The notes under the pieces were generated by a model, which searched no databases, had not been told where the DNA came from, and worked only from the letters and a program-made list of their open reading frames with translations. A DNA stretch of 64,000 nucleotides from Candidatus Thorarchaeota archaeon (GTDB lineage Archaea > Asgardarchaeota > Thorarchaeia > Thorarchaeales > Thorarchaeaceae), in assembly GCA_046758445.1 (NCBI GenBank), contig JBHIAE010000001.1, positions 114,658-178,657 of the forward strand, given 5' to 3'. Position numbers and translations under genes: made by a program. Below, one piece after another: positions 1 to 8,987 of this stretch (positions are counted from its first letter, which is position 1; every line of letters starts with the position of its first letter).

Positions 1-673
1 AGTCGTCGATGTCAAACCAGTAGCCAGATACAGACGCAGATGCAACGTGATATCCCTCTGCGATCAACTGGTTCAAAGCAGAGGACACTGTGGTATGCCC
101 TTTCGCAAGAGCTCTTTGCATATGTCCCAGCAATGTACCCTCCGCAACCGATGTCATGACACTCCTGCCAGTTTCCCTAGTATCCTTCGTTATTTCATCA
201 AAGCCTCTGACCTGGCCATCTTCGGACATATGGATCGAAGCGCCCTGATCCGCAGTCATGTCCACTCCCACAGTCATGAGCTGGTTGGACCTCTGTGCAT
301 TGTGAACCGAGATGATCTCGGAGACAATCGTTGGGTCCACTACGTAATCTGCCGGGCAAATGAGCAATCTTTCCGGTGGGGCGAGTTCCAGCGCAGACAC
401 GATTGTCTCCAGAGGGCCCAATTCATAATCAACAACTGTCGTTACTTTGATCTTGTCGGAGTCAGTCAACTGACGGAGGTGTTCTTCAATCAACTCGCCA
501 TGCCAGCCGACACCGACTGTGAAAGAATGAACCCCTGCGGTCTTCAGATCGTCTATGAGCCGTTCAATGAGAGGTAAGCCAGCAGCTGGAATGAGAGGTT
601 TCGGAACCTCGTCTGTCAGGGGACTCATTCTGGAGCCCCTTCCGGCAGCCAGTATGACGGCGTGTATGCACAT
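1..673 (-). CDS. Sugar-phosphate nucleotidyltransferase (NTP_transferase family), runs off window start
   Basis: Not in the ORF track. Manual translation from ATG at 673 gives MCIHAVILAAGRGSRMSPLTDEVPKPLIP...YWFDIDD, open to position 1. It has the LAAGxGxR and PKPL motifs. Confidence 0.88.
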   Translation of the reverse strand, partial: MCIHAVILAAGRGSRMSPLTDEVPKPLIPAAGLPLIERLIDDLKTAGVHSFTVGVGWHGELIEEHLRQLTDSDKIKVTTVVDYELGPLETIVSALELAPPERLLICPADYVVDPTIVSEIISVHNAQRSNQLMTVGVDMTADQGASIHMSEDGQVRGFDEITKDTRETGRSVMTSVAEGTLLGHMQRALAKGHTTVSSALNQLIAEGYHVASASVSGYWFDIDD

Positions 674-742
674 TCCTCCTCTGGATTACCTCCAAACGAG
701 ATGGTTCATATGAGTGTTCGGGACGAGTATTCGGGAGTGACC

Positions 743-1438
743 TTGACACCCAGAGTTTTAAGAGTACTGGACCCGAGCGATTGGTCTGAGATACTCGCAG
801 AGGCGAGTTCAGTGCTTCTTGAGGGTGGTCTAGTCGTCTATCCCACGGACACTAGCTATGGACTTGGTTGCGACCCGCAAAAGAAGAAGGCGTTAGAGAG
901 GCTCCTGTCCTTAAAGGATAGAGACCGGAAACTGGGAGTTCCTCTGCTATTCTCCGACCTAACCCAATGTGAAACGTACCATGATTTCGGACCACTTGAG
1001 GAGATCATTGTACGACTCTTTTGGCCTGGGGCTTTGACACTCGTGGTTAGCCCCAGAGAGACCGTCCCCGATTATATCAGCGGAGAAAGGGCCTCTATAG
1101 CAGTGAGAGTGCCTGACCATTCCATACCGCGGAGGCTTGCGGAGGAGATTGGAGGGCCGATAGTTGGGACCAGTGCCAATAGAAGTGGAGGTCCCAGTCC
1201 ATTCGAGATATCTGTAGCAATAGAACAACTTGGCGATGAGGTTGACGTATACATTGACGGAGGGCCTTCAGCTGCGAGTGACGATTCCACCATGATTGGA
1301 GTCGAGAAAGCAGATACTGGAGGAGAGCATCTTGATATTAGGCTCTATAGAGAAGGCCAACTCAGCATGGAGAGAATCAGTGCGGATTTAGCCAAGGACC
1401 CGGATGCTCTCATGTTCTGGACAACACGCATTGTCTAA
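743..1438 (+). CDS. sua5: L-threonylcarbamoyladenylate synthase (single-domain TsaC/Sua5 type)
   Basis: Motifs YPTDTSYGLGC, KxR (LKDR), WPGALT and TSAN. Start placed at TTG 743 after SD-like GGAGTGA; the track ORF starts at 662. Confidence 0.9.
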   Translation: MTPRVLRVLDPSDWSEILAEASSVLLEGGLVVYPTDTSYGLGCDPQKKKALERLLSLKDRDRKLGVPLLFSDLTQCETYHDFGPLEEIIVRLFWPGALTLVVSPRETVPDYISGERASIAVRVPDHSIPRRLAEEIGGPIVGTSANRSGGPSPFEISVAIEQLGDEVDVYIDGGPSAASDDSTMIGVEKADTGGEHLDIRLYREGQLSMERISADLAKDPDALMFWTTRIV

Positions 1439-1461
1439 TCTGATATGTGAGGTGAAAAGGT

Positions 1462-1995
1462 CTGCAGGAGTATAACCTACTGGTCGGATGCCCAAGAGAA
1501 AGGGAGAAGGCAGCCAGCTCTGAGGTTCAATACTTCATCGGCGACCTGCTAGGAGACTCTGAGCTGAGAGTGTCCCGTACGCCCATTTCAGGACTACTGG
1601 CATGCCGCACAGCATTGAATCCAATCGAGGTTGTTCATCGATTGAGAGAGTTTGCATTTGAGAACCCGTACCAATTCAGGTATGCAATACGCTTCACGCC
1701 TCTCGAGTTCTGCGTTCGTTCAGACATCTCCGAGATTGTAAGGGTCGCCGAGATGCAATGCACCAGAATCAAAGATGATGAGTCCTTCAGAGTTACTGTT
1801 AGGCGAAGACATACTACGCTGAAAACGATGGACGTAATCACCGAAGTGGCCGCTGTTATTCCACGAAGGGTTGACCTTGACAACCCTGACAAGACACTGT
1901 ACATTGAGATTGTTGGAGATTGGACCGGAGTATCATTGCTGAAACCAGAGGAGGATATCCTTTCGATAATGTCTATGCGTGACGACATATACTAG
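1462..1995 (+). CDS. Stand-alone THUMP domain RNA-binding protein
   Basis: SFRVTVRRR and VDLDNPDK THUMP motifs. The frame is open upstream of the track start to CTG 1462, which follows SD GAGGTGA; an in-frame TGA lies at 1453. Confidence 0.85.
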   Translation: MQEYNLLVGCPREREKAASSEVQYFIGDLLGDSELRVSRTPISGLLACRTALNPIEVVHRLREFAFENPYQFRYAIRFTPLEFCVRSDISEIVRVAEMQCTRIKDDESFRVTVRRRHTTLKTMDVITEVAAVIPRRVDLDNPDKTLYIEIVGDWTGVSLLKPEEDILSIMSMRDDIY

Positions 1996-2003
1996 GACTC
2001 TAG

Positions 2004-2594
2004 TCATGACTCCAATGAAACCATGGAGATTCTACTTTCTACACAACCTGTAAGCGCCTTGAAACGAGATTCCAAGGAGTCAGATTCCGACACGATTGAG
2101 AGTTCAGTTTCGCTGATCTTAAAGTGCTCCATGACATGGCGGAGTCGTTCCTCTGTTTGCGAGAATGGCGGCAGAACCTCACTTCCCAGTCTCTCGACAA
2201 CCTGATGGAACTGGCTCTCTAATACTTCCTCTTCTGGCGCAACCATGACAAGTGCAACAGATTCAAGACCATCACGGACTCCGACGCTCTCCAAAGCCAC
2301 GCCGATTTGATGTTGGCCAGACGCATACAGGGCCACCTCGACATCCAAACTTCGAGCGATGCCATATCCTCCCTTCCAAGCGTTGAGGGCATTCTGGGAG
2401 GCAGAGAGAAGATGGCCGACCCCGACTATGGGTAGAGGATTGAATAGCTGAAATGCAAGCAGGTCCGTTGAGAACTCCAAGGCCATCCGAAGCAGCGATT
2501 TCTGATCCAGCTCGTTTTTGTTCTTGAGCTCTGCGATGCCAACTTTGAAGGTTTCTTCGGCGTAAACCAGGTTTTCCAGTAGCAATCTTCTCAC
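2004..2594 (-). CDS. cgi121: KEOPS complex subunit Cgi121
   Basis: IARSLDVEVALYASGQHQIGVAL matches the Cgi121 signature (E.LLY.SG.RQI..A). Confidence 0.85.
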   Translation of the reverse strand: MRRLLLENLVYAEETFKVGIAELKNKNELDQKSLLRMALEFSTDLLAFQLFNPLPIVGVGHLLSASQNALNAWKGGYGIARSLDVEVALYASGQHQIGVALESVGVRDGLESVALVMVAPEEEVLESQFHQVVERLGSEVLPPFSQTEERLRHVMEHFKISETELSIVSESDSLESRFKALTGCVESRISMVSLES

Positions 2595-2605
2595 CAGGAC
2601 AAAGT

Positions 2606-3187
2606 CTACAATCTCTTGACAAAGTAATCAGCCACTGTGGGCTGGAAACCAACCTCGAAGACCAACTTGTCACGGAGTTGCTTTGTATCAAGAGTGGGGT
2701 CCTCTTTCTTGAAGATCTTTATGAGGGCAATGATTGACTCTCGCATTTCCCAAGGATATACTGTCCAGCTCTCTGTCTTGACCATGTAATAATCTGGAGC
2801 TACTCTTGACCACGGCTTGAAGTGAAGGACGGCAGACTTGACCTCTCCCGCTCCAAGAGAATTCACATGTTCAATGGCGTAGAACAGGCTATCGCCAGTG
2901 TCTGCCACTTCATCTACTAGAAGAACACTCTTTCCTTCCATTGAGCCAGTGATAGGCTGAGTGATCTTGGGCTCTCTTCCTTTTTGTGCAACATCGGAGT
3001 AGTACTCGATACGGATGTTCTGAAGTGTATCAGCGTAGAGGACGTCCGAGAGAATCCGCGCAGGAATCCAGCCGCCTCTTGCGATCCCGATAATGACACT
3101 CGGCTTGAAACCACTCTTGACAATTCGCTCAGAGAGCTGGAGAGTGAGATTATAGACATCATCCCAGGTGAGTATTAGATAATCCAT
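2606..3187 (-). CDS. Type I phosphoribosyltransferase (purine salvage-like)
   Basis: IIGIARGG and the PRPP loop VLLVDEVADTGDSL, plus the W.VYPWE motif. Start at ATG 3187 (MDYLILTWDD). Confidence 0.88.
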   Translation of the reverse strand: MDYLILTWDDVYNLTLQLSERIVKSGFKPSVIIGIARGGWIPARILSDVLYADTLQNIRIEYYSDVAQKGREPKITQPITGSMEGKSVLLVDEVADTGDSLFYAIEHVNSLGAGEVKSAVLHFKPWSRVAPDYYMVKTESWTVYPWEMRESIIALIKIFKKEDPTLDTKQLRDKLVFEVGFQPTVADYFVKRL

Positions 3188-3299
3188 CCTGCTCGATATC
3201 CCCGCAAAGACCTTGTAACTCAGTGGAATTCCTCCATAATAACAGTATCCTAGGTTGGCTCTTGCACAACCTAAATCTGGGAGAACGAGTTGCTGTAGC

Positions 3300-4574
3300 A
3301 TGAGAGAAATGAAAGCAGACCTTATCCTCACCAACATTGGCCAGCTCGCAACCCTTGCAGGAAACAGTAACAGGCCCAAGACAGGAGAGAGTATGAAAGA
3401 ACTATCAATTGTAGATGATGGGGCTGTAGCGATGAAAGATGGAATCATTGTGTCGGTTGGTACGACCAAGGATGTACTGGCGGAGGTAGACGATGAGCCA
3501 TCTCTCCCACCAATCGAGTTTCCAGGTATGCTTGGAATCCCAGGTTTTGTAGATAGCCACACTCACCTGGTCTTTGGTGGTTCACGTGAGAATGATTTTG
3601 CCATGAAACTTGCAGGCAAGACCTATCTCGAGATTCTAGAGAGTGGCGGAGGTATTCTCAACACTCTCAAAGCTACCCGAGCCTCGACACAGACAGAATT
3701 GAGCAGTTCTGCATTCTCCTACGCAGAGAGAATGCTCAGTAGTGGGACAACGACTGTAGAGGCCAAGAGCGGCTATGGTCTTGATGTGGAGAATGAGTTG
3801 AAGATGCTCCGTGTAGTTGGAGACCTTCAGAAGCGATTACCAATGGAATTCGCCTCTACCTTCATGGGTGCTCACGCAATTCCTCCAGAATATCAAGGCC
3901 AGACTGACGACTACGTCAATCTAGTGGTCGATGAGATGATACCGACGGTTGCGAAACGCAATATGGCAGAGTTTTGCGACGTGTTCTGTGAGGAGGGCAT
4001 ATTCAACATTGAGCAGTCTCGACAGATACTTCTGGCCGCGAAACGCGCAGGGATGAAGCTGAAGGTTCATGCTGATGAAATAGTTCAGCTGGGAGGTGCT
4101 GGTCTTGCCGCGGAGGTTGGCGCTGTTTCCGCTGACCACCTGCTGATGGCAGCTGATGATGATCTTGAGGCTATGCTCAAGACCGGCACAATCGCCACAC
4201 TGCTACCTGGAACTGCATTCAGTCTTGACACGCCCTATGCTGATGCACGCAAAATGATAGACATGGGCCTCCCTGTGGCTCTTGCAACGGACTTCAATCC
4301 CAATTGTGCAAATGAGTCCATGTTCTTCACAATCGCGCTCTCATGCTACAAGATGAAGATGCAGCCGACAGAGGCAATCACAGCAGCTACAATAAACTCT
4401 GCACACGCCCTAGCTAGGAATGAGAGTGTTGGCAGTATAGAACCGAGTAAGAGAGCTGACATCGTCATTCTTGAATGCCCCAGTCCTGAATACTTGTCAT
4501 GGAGATTCGGAGTCAATCTTGTCCATACTGTGATAACTAATGGACAGGTCGTGCATACGAAACTTGGTCCCTGA
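3300..4574 (+). CDS. hutI: Imidazolonepropionase
   Basis: PGFVDSHTHLVF, EAKSGYG, CDVFCE, KVHADE and ATDFNP motifs; adjacent to hutH and hutU. Confidence 0.95.
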   Translation: MREMKADLILTNIGQLATLAGNSNRPKTGESMKELSIVDDGAVAMKDGIIVSVGTTKDVLAEVDDEPSLPPIEFPGMLGIPGFVDSHTHLVFGGSRENDFAMKLAGKTYLEILESGGGILNTLKATRASTQTELSSSAFSYAERMLSSGTTTVEAKSGYGLDVENELKMLRVVGDLQKRLPMEFASTFMGAHAIPPEYQGQTDDYVNLVVDEMIPTVAKRNMAEFCDVFCEEGIFNIEQSRQILLAAKRAGMKLKVHADEIVQLGGAGLAAEVGAVSADHLLMAADDDLEAMLKTGTIATLLPGTAFSLDTPYADARKMIDMGLPVALATDFNPNCANESMFFTIALSCYKMKMQPTEAITAATINSAHALARNESVGSIEPSKRADIVILECPSPEYLSWRFGVNLVHTVITNGQVVHTKLGP

Positions 4575-4597
4575 GGTGAGCTGGCTTCAGTCGAGAA

Positions 4598-5071
4598 TTA
4601 ACGCGCCATGGGACGACTTCCAGACGCTTGATACTCCCTGAAGTGATCAAGCCATCTTGGGCTCCGGGGAGCATTCTTTACCCACTCAACGAACTGTGTC
4701 AGCTTTTCAACAGTTTCTGGATTTGCTATGTGTTCAAACTCACAGGCGTCTGCGTCAGCGGTTTCCTCATCAATGCCAATCATGCAGAAGAACCACTTGA
4801 TGGTTTTATGTGTTCTCTCTAGGTCCCTCGCAATCTCCTCACCACTATCTGTCAGACTAACACTTCGATATCGCTCATAGTTGACCAAGCCCAGTTTCTT
4901 GAGCTTCCGCAACACGTATGTGACGCTGGGAGCCTTCACACTCCTCAATTCTGCAATATCAGTGACGCTTGCTGAGCCATGTTGCCGTTGCAGATCATAG
5001 ATTGTTTCCAGGTATTGCTCCATTGCCTTTGTGAGACCTTTCAATGCACTGATCACATCCGTGACTACCAT
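4598..5071 (-). CDS. DtxR/MntR family metal-dependent transcriptional regulator
   Basis: MEQYLETIY, HTH VKAPSVT, YERYRSVSLT and ACEFEH. Confidence 0.9.
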   Translation of the reverse strand: MVVTDVISALKGLTKAMEQYLETIYDLQRQHGSASVTDIAELRSVKAPSVTYVLRKLKKLGLVNYERYRSVSLTDSGEEIARDLERTHKTIKWFFCMIGIDEETADADACEFEHIANPETVEKLTQFVEWVKNAPRSPRWLDHFREYQASGSRPMAR

Positions 5072-5172
5072 AGCTCTTCGCGAAGAAACTGTGCAAACAG
5101 AAATTGGAACATAGATAAACCTTGACGAGTGGAGGAAAGTCGAACTTGTGTTAGATGAGCGGTAGCTAGTGG

Positions 5173-6705
5173 CTACACTTTGAGGAAAGACCCCGTCACT
5201 TCTTCTACGCTGGACACTATCTTCCCGAGGTCCATCAGCTCACGAATCCTGACAATGTCTGAACTTAGGGGTCTGTCATCTTCCAGTTTCGGAACCACAT
5301 TCCTCACAGTCGTGTATGCTTTCATCAGGGGTTCGGATGGTTTCAGTGGTGCCAAGAGATCTATCGCCTGGGCCGCACACATGTATTCAATGGCTATGAC
5401 ATTCTTCGCATTCTCAAGAATCTGTAGACCTTTCCTGGCCGCGATTGTACCCATGCTGACATGATCCTCTTGGTCTGCGCTGGTTGGTATCGAGTCTACA
5501 CTTGCAGGGTGCGCGTAAACCTTATTCTCAGAAACGAGAGCCGCGGCAGTGTATTGGGCAATCATCATTCCTGACTTGAGTCCACTCTCCTTGGTAAGAA
5601 ATGCCGGCAGGTCGCTTAGATTTGGATTTACCAGCCTGTTAATCCTTCTTTCCGAGATATTTGCCAGCTCACAAATCGCAATCCCTAGGAAGTCCAGTGC
5701 TAGTGCAACAGGTTGTCCGTGGAAGTTCCCACCAGATATTACATCTCCTTCTTTTGAGAACACCAAAGGATTGTCCGTAGCAGAGTTAATTTCAGTTTCC
5801 AGTACTCCACGTACGTAACGAATCGTATCAAGAGAGGCTCCTAACACTTGAGGAATGCATCGTAGAGAATAGGCATCTTGGACCGTTCCACAATCTGCAT
5901 GAGAACGATTGATTTCACTGTCTCTTAGGATATCGAGCATTGCCTTGGCAATGTCAATCTGTCCCTTGTGGGGACGTGTGCCGTGGATTCTCTCATCCAT
6001 TGCGGCTCGCGTTCCCCTTAGAGCTTCAAGACTCATTGCAGCAGCAACACTTGCATCTCTCATCAAGACTAGCGAATCATGAACGGCAATGGAGCCAACT
6101 GCGCACATCGGTTGTGTGCCATTGATGAGGGCAACTCCCTCTTTTGCCTCAAGAACAATCGGCTGGACGCCGGCCCGTTCCATAGCTGTTGCCCCATCGA
6201 GCTGCTCGTCCTCGAAGTAGGCCTCTCCCTCACCAATCATTACTAAGGCCATGTGTGCAAGGGGGGCGAGGTCTCCACTGGATCCTACTGACCCCTGTTG
6301 GGGGATGACTGGAACAATGTCCGAATTCAACATTTCAACCAGGGTTTCTATGACCTTCAATCGAATACCAGAGAATCCCTTTGCGAGTGCATTTGCCCTT
6401 AGAAGCATCATGCCCCTCACAATCTCTCTGGAAAAAGGTGGCCCAACTCCTGCACTGTGACTACGTATCAGATTGACTTGTAGTTGAAGGATTTCGCTTT
6501 TGTCAATTGACTCCTCGGCGAGATCCCCGAAGCCGGTGTTCACTCCATAGACGACGCGACCTTCCTTCAGTGCCTTCTCGATCACTTCTCGACTACTCCG
6601 AATTCCTTCAATTGTGGACTTAGCGAGCTTCACTGGTTCTTGATGTCTTGCGACCTTAACGACGTCGTCAACGGTGAGACTGACTCCATCAATCATTACA
6701 GTCAT
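5173..6705 (-). CDS. hutH: Histidine ammonia-lyase
   Basis: VYGVNTGFG, GSVGSSGDLAPLAH (MIO region), QDAYSLRC, GGNFHG and QEDHVSMG. Confidence 0.95.
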   Translation of the reverse strand: MTVMIDGVSLTVDDVVKVARHQEPVKLAKSTIEGIRSSREVIEKALKEGRVVYGVNTGFGDLAEESIDKSEILQLQVNLIRSHSAGVGPPFSREIVRGMMLLRANALAKGFSGIRLKVIETLVEMLNSDIVPVIPQQGSVGSSGDLAPLAHMALVMIGEGEAYFEDEQLDGATAMERAGVQPIVLEAKEGVALINGTQPMCAVGSIAVHDSLVLMRDASVAAAMSLEALRGTRAAMDERIHGTRPHKGQIDIAKAMLDILRDSEINRSHADCGTVQDAYSLRCIPQVLGASLDTIRYVRGVLETEINSATDNPLVFSKEGDVISGGNFHGQPVALALDFLGIAICELANISERRINRLVNPNLSDLPAFLTKESGLKSGMMIAQYTAAALVSENKVYAHPASVDSIPTSADQEDHVSMGTIAARKGLQILENAKNVIAIEYMCAAQAIDLLAPLKPSEPLMKAYTTVRNVVPKLEDDRPLSSDIVRIRELMDLGKIVSSVEEVTGSFLKV

Positions 6706-6881
6706 AGATTCAACCCCGGGCTTTCAAGCCGTCAGAAGAACTTCCATCTGACACTCAAGTCGAACGCAGTTCCCACTGAGCAGAACTTAGTTCCTACTCT
6801 ATTGCAGCTTGACCCCACTTTAGTAATTACCGGACCACAGACTCTGGAGTAGATGCAGGATGGAGTGAACCCAGTGTTTCA

Positions 6882-8929
6882 TTATGACCGTAGCTCATTC
6901 TTTACTAGTTCTTCTACTAGGCCGTCGGGAGGAACGAACGGAAGTGTGATGTGACCACGGCCGTCCATCAACCTGTTCCAGTCTACTGCCGTTTCAACTG
7001 CGTGTTCATTTCTGGCCCATGCTCTGCGGGCTACTCCGCCCATTACATCCCAGTCTAGCGCAGAACGAATGACAGTGTCTACTCTCTCGCTGCCATCAAG
7101 AACCAAGCCAAAACCTCCATTGATGGCCTTCCCCGTACCCACACCACCGCCGTTTGAGAGGACTGCCAGAGTCATGCCACGGGCCACATTTCCTGCCCAG
7201 CATTGGTGAGCCATGTCGCTTGTGACATTACTGCCGTCTCGAATGTTTGCGGTTTCTCTGAAGGGGGAGTCTGTGCCTCCTGTGTCATGGTGATCTCTTC
7301 CAAGCATTATAGGTCCAATCTTTCCTTCTCGCACCTCCTTGTTGAACTCTAGAGCAATATTGGCGCGTCCCTTGGCATCCGCATACAGGATTCTGGCTTG
7401 GGACCCAACTACTAGAGCATTCTTCTCAGCATCCCGAATCCAAACATAGTTGTCCCTGTCTTGGCCTCTGCCTTTCGGATCAATGCATGACATCGCTACC
7501 TTGTCAGTTTCGACCAAATCCTCGTGCTTCCCACTGAGGCATACCCATCTGAACGGTCCATACCCGTAGTCGAAGCATATTGGTCCCATGATGTCCTCGA
7601 CATAGGAAGGGAATATGAAGCCGTCATCTGTGTTCTTCCCGTTTCTCGCAATTGCCAAGACGCCTGCATCGAAGACTGCCTTCATGAAGCTGTTGCCGTA
7701 GTCCCAAAAGTGAGTGCCTCTTTTAGTCATGGTCTGGATAAGTTCGAACTGCCTACGGAGTGATTTGTCTACAAGGCTCTTGAACTCGTCACGGTCACGT
7801 TTCAATAGCTCTCTTCCCTCTTCAAATGTCACTCCTTGAGGAGTATAGCCGCCATTGTACACATCATGGCAAGATGTTTGGTCTGACGAAAGCTCGATAG
7901 GAATCTGATTGTCCACAACGTATTGCCATAGATCAACAACATTGCCAAAGTATCCTATAGAGATTGGCTCATTCTTCTCTCGGTATTCCGTGACCCACTC
8001 GAATACCTCATCGAGTTCGGCAGAATGTTTGCTGAGCCATCCTTGTTCATACCGTGTAACGATTCGACTCTTGTCAACCTCGGCGATTACTCCAATGCCG
8101 CCTGCAATCTCAATTGCCTTTGCTTGTGCACCACTCATGCCTCCCAAGCCAGAAGTAAGGAAGACCCTTCCGCTAAGGTCTTTGTCTTCTGCTATCCCCA
8201 GATAGAGTCTACCGGCATTCAGGAGTGTGATATAGGTCCCATGGACTATCCCTTGAGGACCAATGTACATCAAACCACCTGCTGTCATTTGGCCATAGTT
8301 GACTGCGGAGAGCTGGGCTGCTCGATGAAAGTCCTGAGGTGTATCAAACATACCCACCATGAGTCCATTTGTGACTATGATCCTGGGCGCATCACTGCGA
8401 GACGGGAATAGACCGAGAGGGTGACCAGAGCTCACTACAAGTGTCTGATCTGCGTTCATGGTTTCCAAGTACTTCATGATTAATCGATACTGCATCCAGC
8501 TCTGGCAGACTTGGCCGCTTTCGCCGGGCGTGATTAGAGAATCCAATCACGCTCTCCGTAAGTGACCAGCTCGTACGGATACAGGGCGACGTTGAAGTCC
8601 AAGTTGTTATCAATCATCAGCTGAAGAGCCCGTGCTTCGAGAATCCCGTGATATTGGTCGACCGGTTTTGCGACAATCCGGCCTCGGGGTCGGTATCTAT
8701 ATCCATAGATTCTTCCTCTTGTCATCAATTCAGTCAGAAACTCAGGTGCGAGGTGCTCGTGTAGTTTTGGGTGAACATACCTTAGGGCGTTCTTGACTGC
8801 AAGTATCGTGTCTTTTTCACTAAGATTGAATCCTCTATCTGGAGCTCTTCTTATCTCTGGGTCGAAGATAGGGTCGGGAGGCAGCTTATCAGATAGTTTG
8901 ATTCTCATAGCTTCAGAAGGGTCATACAT
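6882..8929 (-). CDS. hutU: Urocanate hydratase (long ~670-aa type), split by a putative 32-nt intron; exons 8929-8554 and 8521-6882
   Basis: Two track ORFs carry consecutive urocanase sequence (…LYPYELVTYGE | SGQVCQSWMQY…, YIGPQGIVHGT, GLGGMSGAQ, GRDHHD). 2048 nt minus 32 nt = 2016 nt = 671 aa plus stop. Confidence 0.93.
8522..8553 (-). other. Putative bulge-helix-bulge (BHB) mRNA intron in hutU
   Basis: Minus strand reads UGGUC-A-CUU ACGG AG^A GCGUGAUUGGA UUC UCUAAUCACGC CCGG CG^A AAG-C-GGCCA. It has an 11-bp intron stem, two 3-nt bulges, a central helix of 3 WC pairs plus A.G, and an exon-exon stem. Splicing gives TAC GGA GAA AGC GGC CAA (YGESGQ). Confidence 0.8.
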
Positions 8930-8987
8930 CTAACCATCACTCCGGTGATTGCTGTTCCTTCAATGTAGCACCTTCATAAACAAGTTG

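Noticed and set aside
47-577. 176-aa + strand ORF and many other antisense or overlapping track ORFs (e.g. 18220..18741, 19411..19953, 53742..54263, 61916..62497)
   Set aside because: They are shadows of real opposite-strand genes or lack motifs and protein-like composition.
8522-8553. hutU break read as a simple sequencing frameshift, programmed ribosomal frameshift or mini-transposon footprint
   Set aside because: The break is a 32-nt structured insert, not a 1-nt indel, and there is no slippery heptamer. The imperfect direct repeat CGGAGA/CGGCGA is expected from BHB symmetry, and a footprint would not explain the exon-exon stem. It is not fully excluded without RNA data.
8936-8951. Small hairpin ATCAC-CGGA-GTGAT over the hutU SD, with 7-nt complementarity to the intron stem
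   Set aside because: A 5-bp stem and a 7-nt match are within chance expectation.
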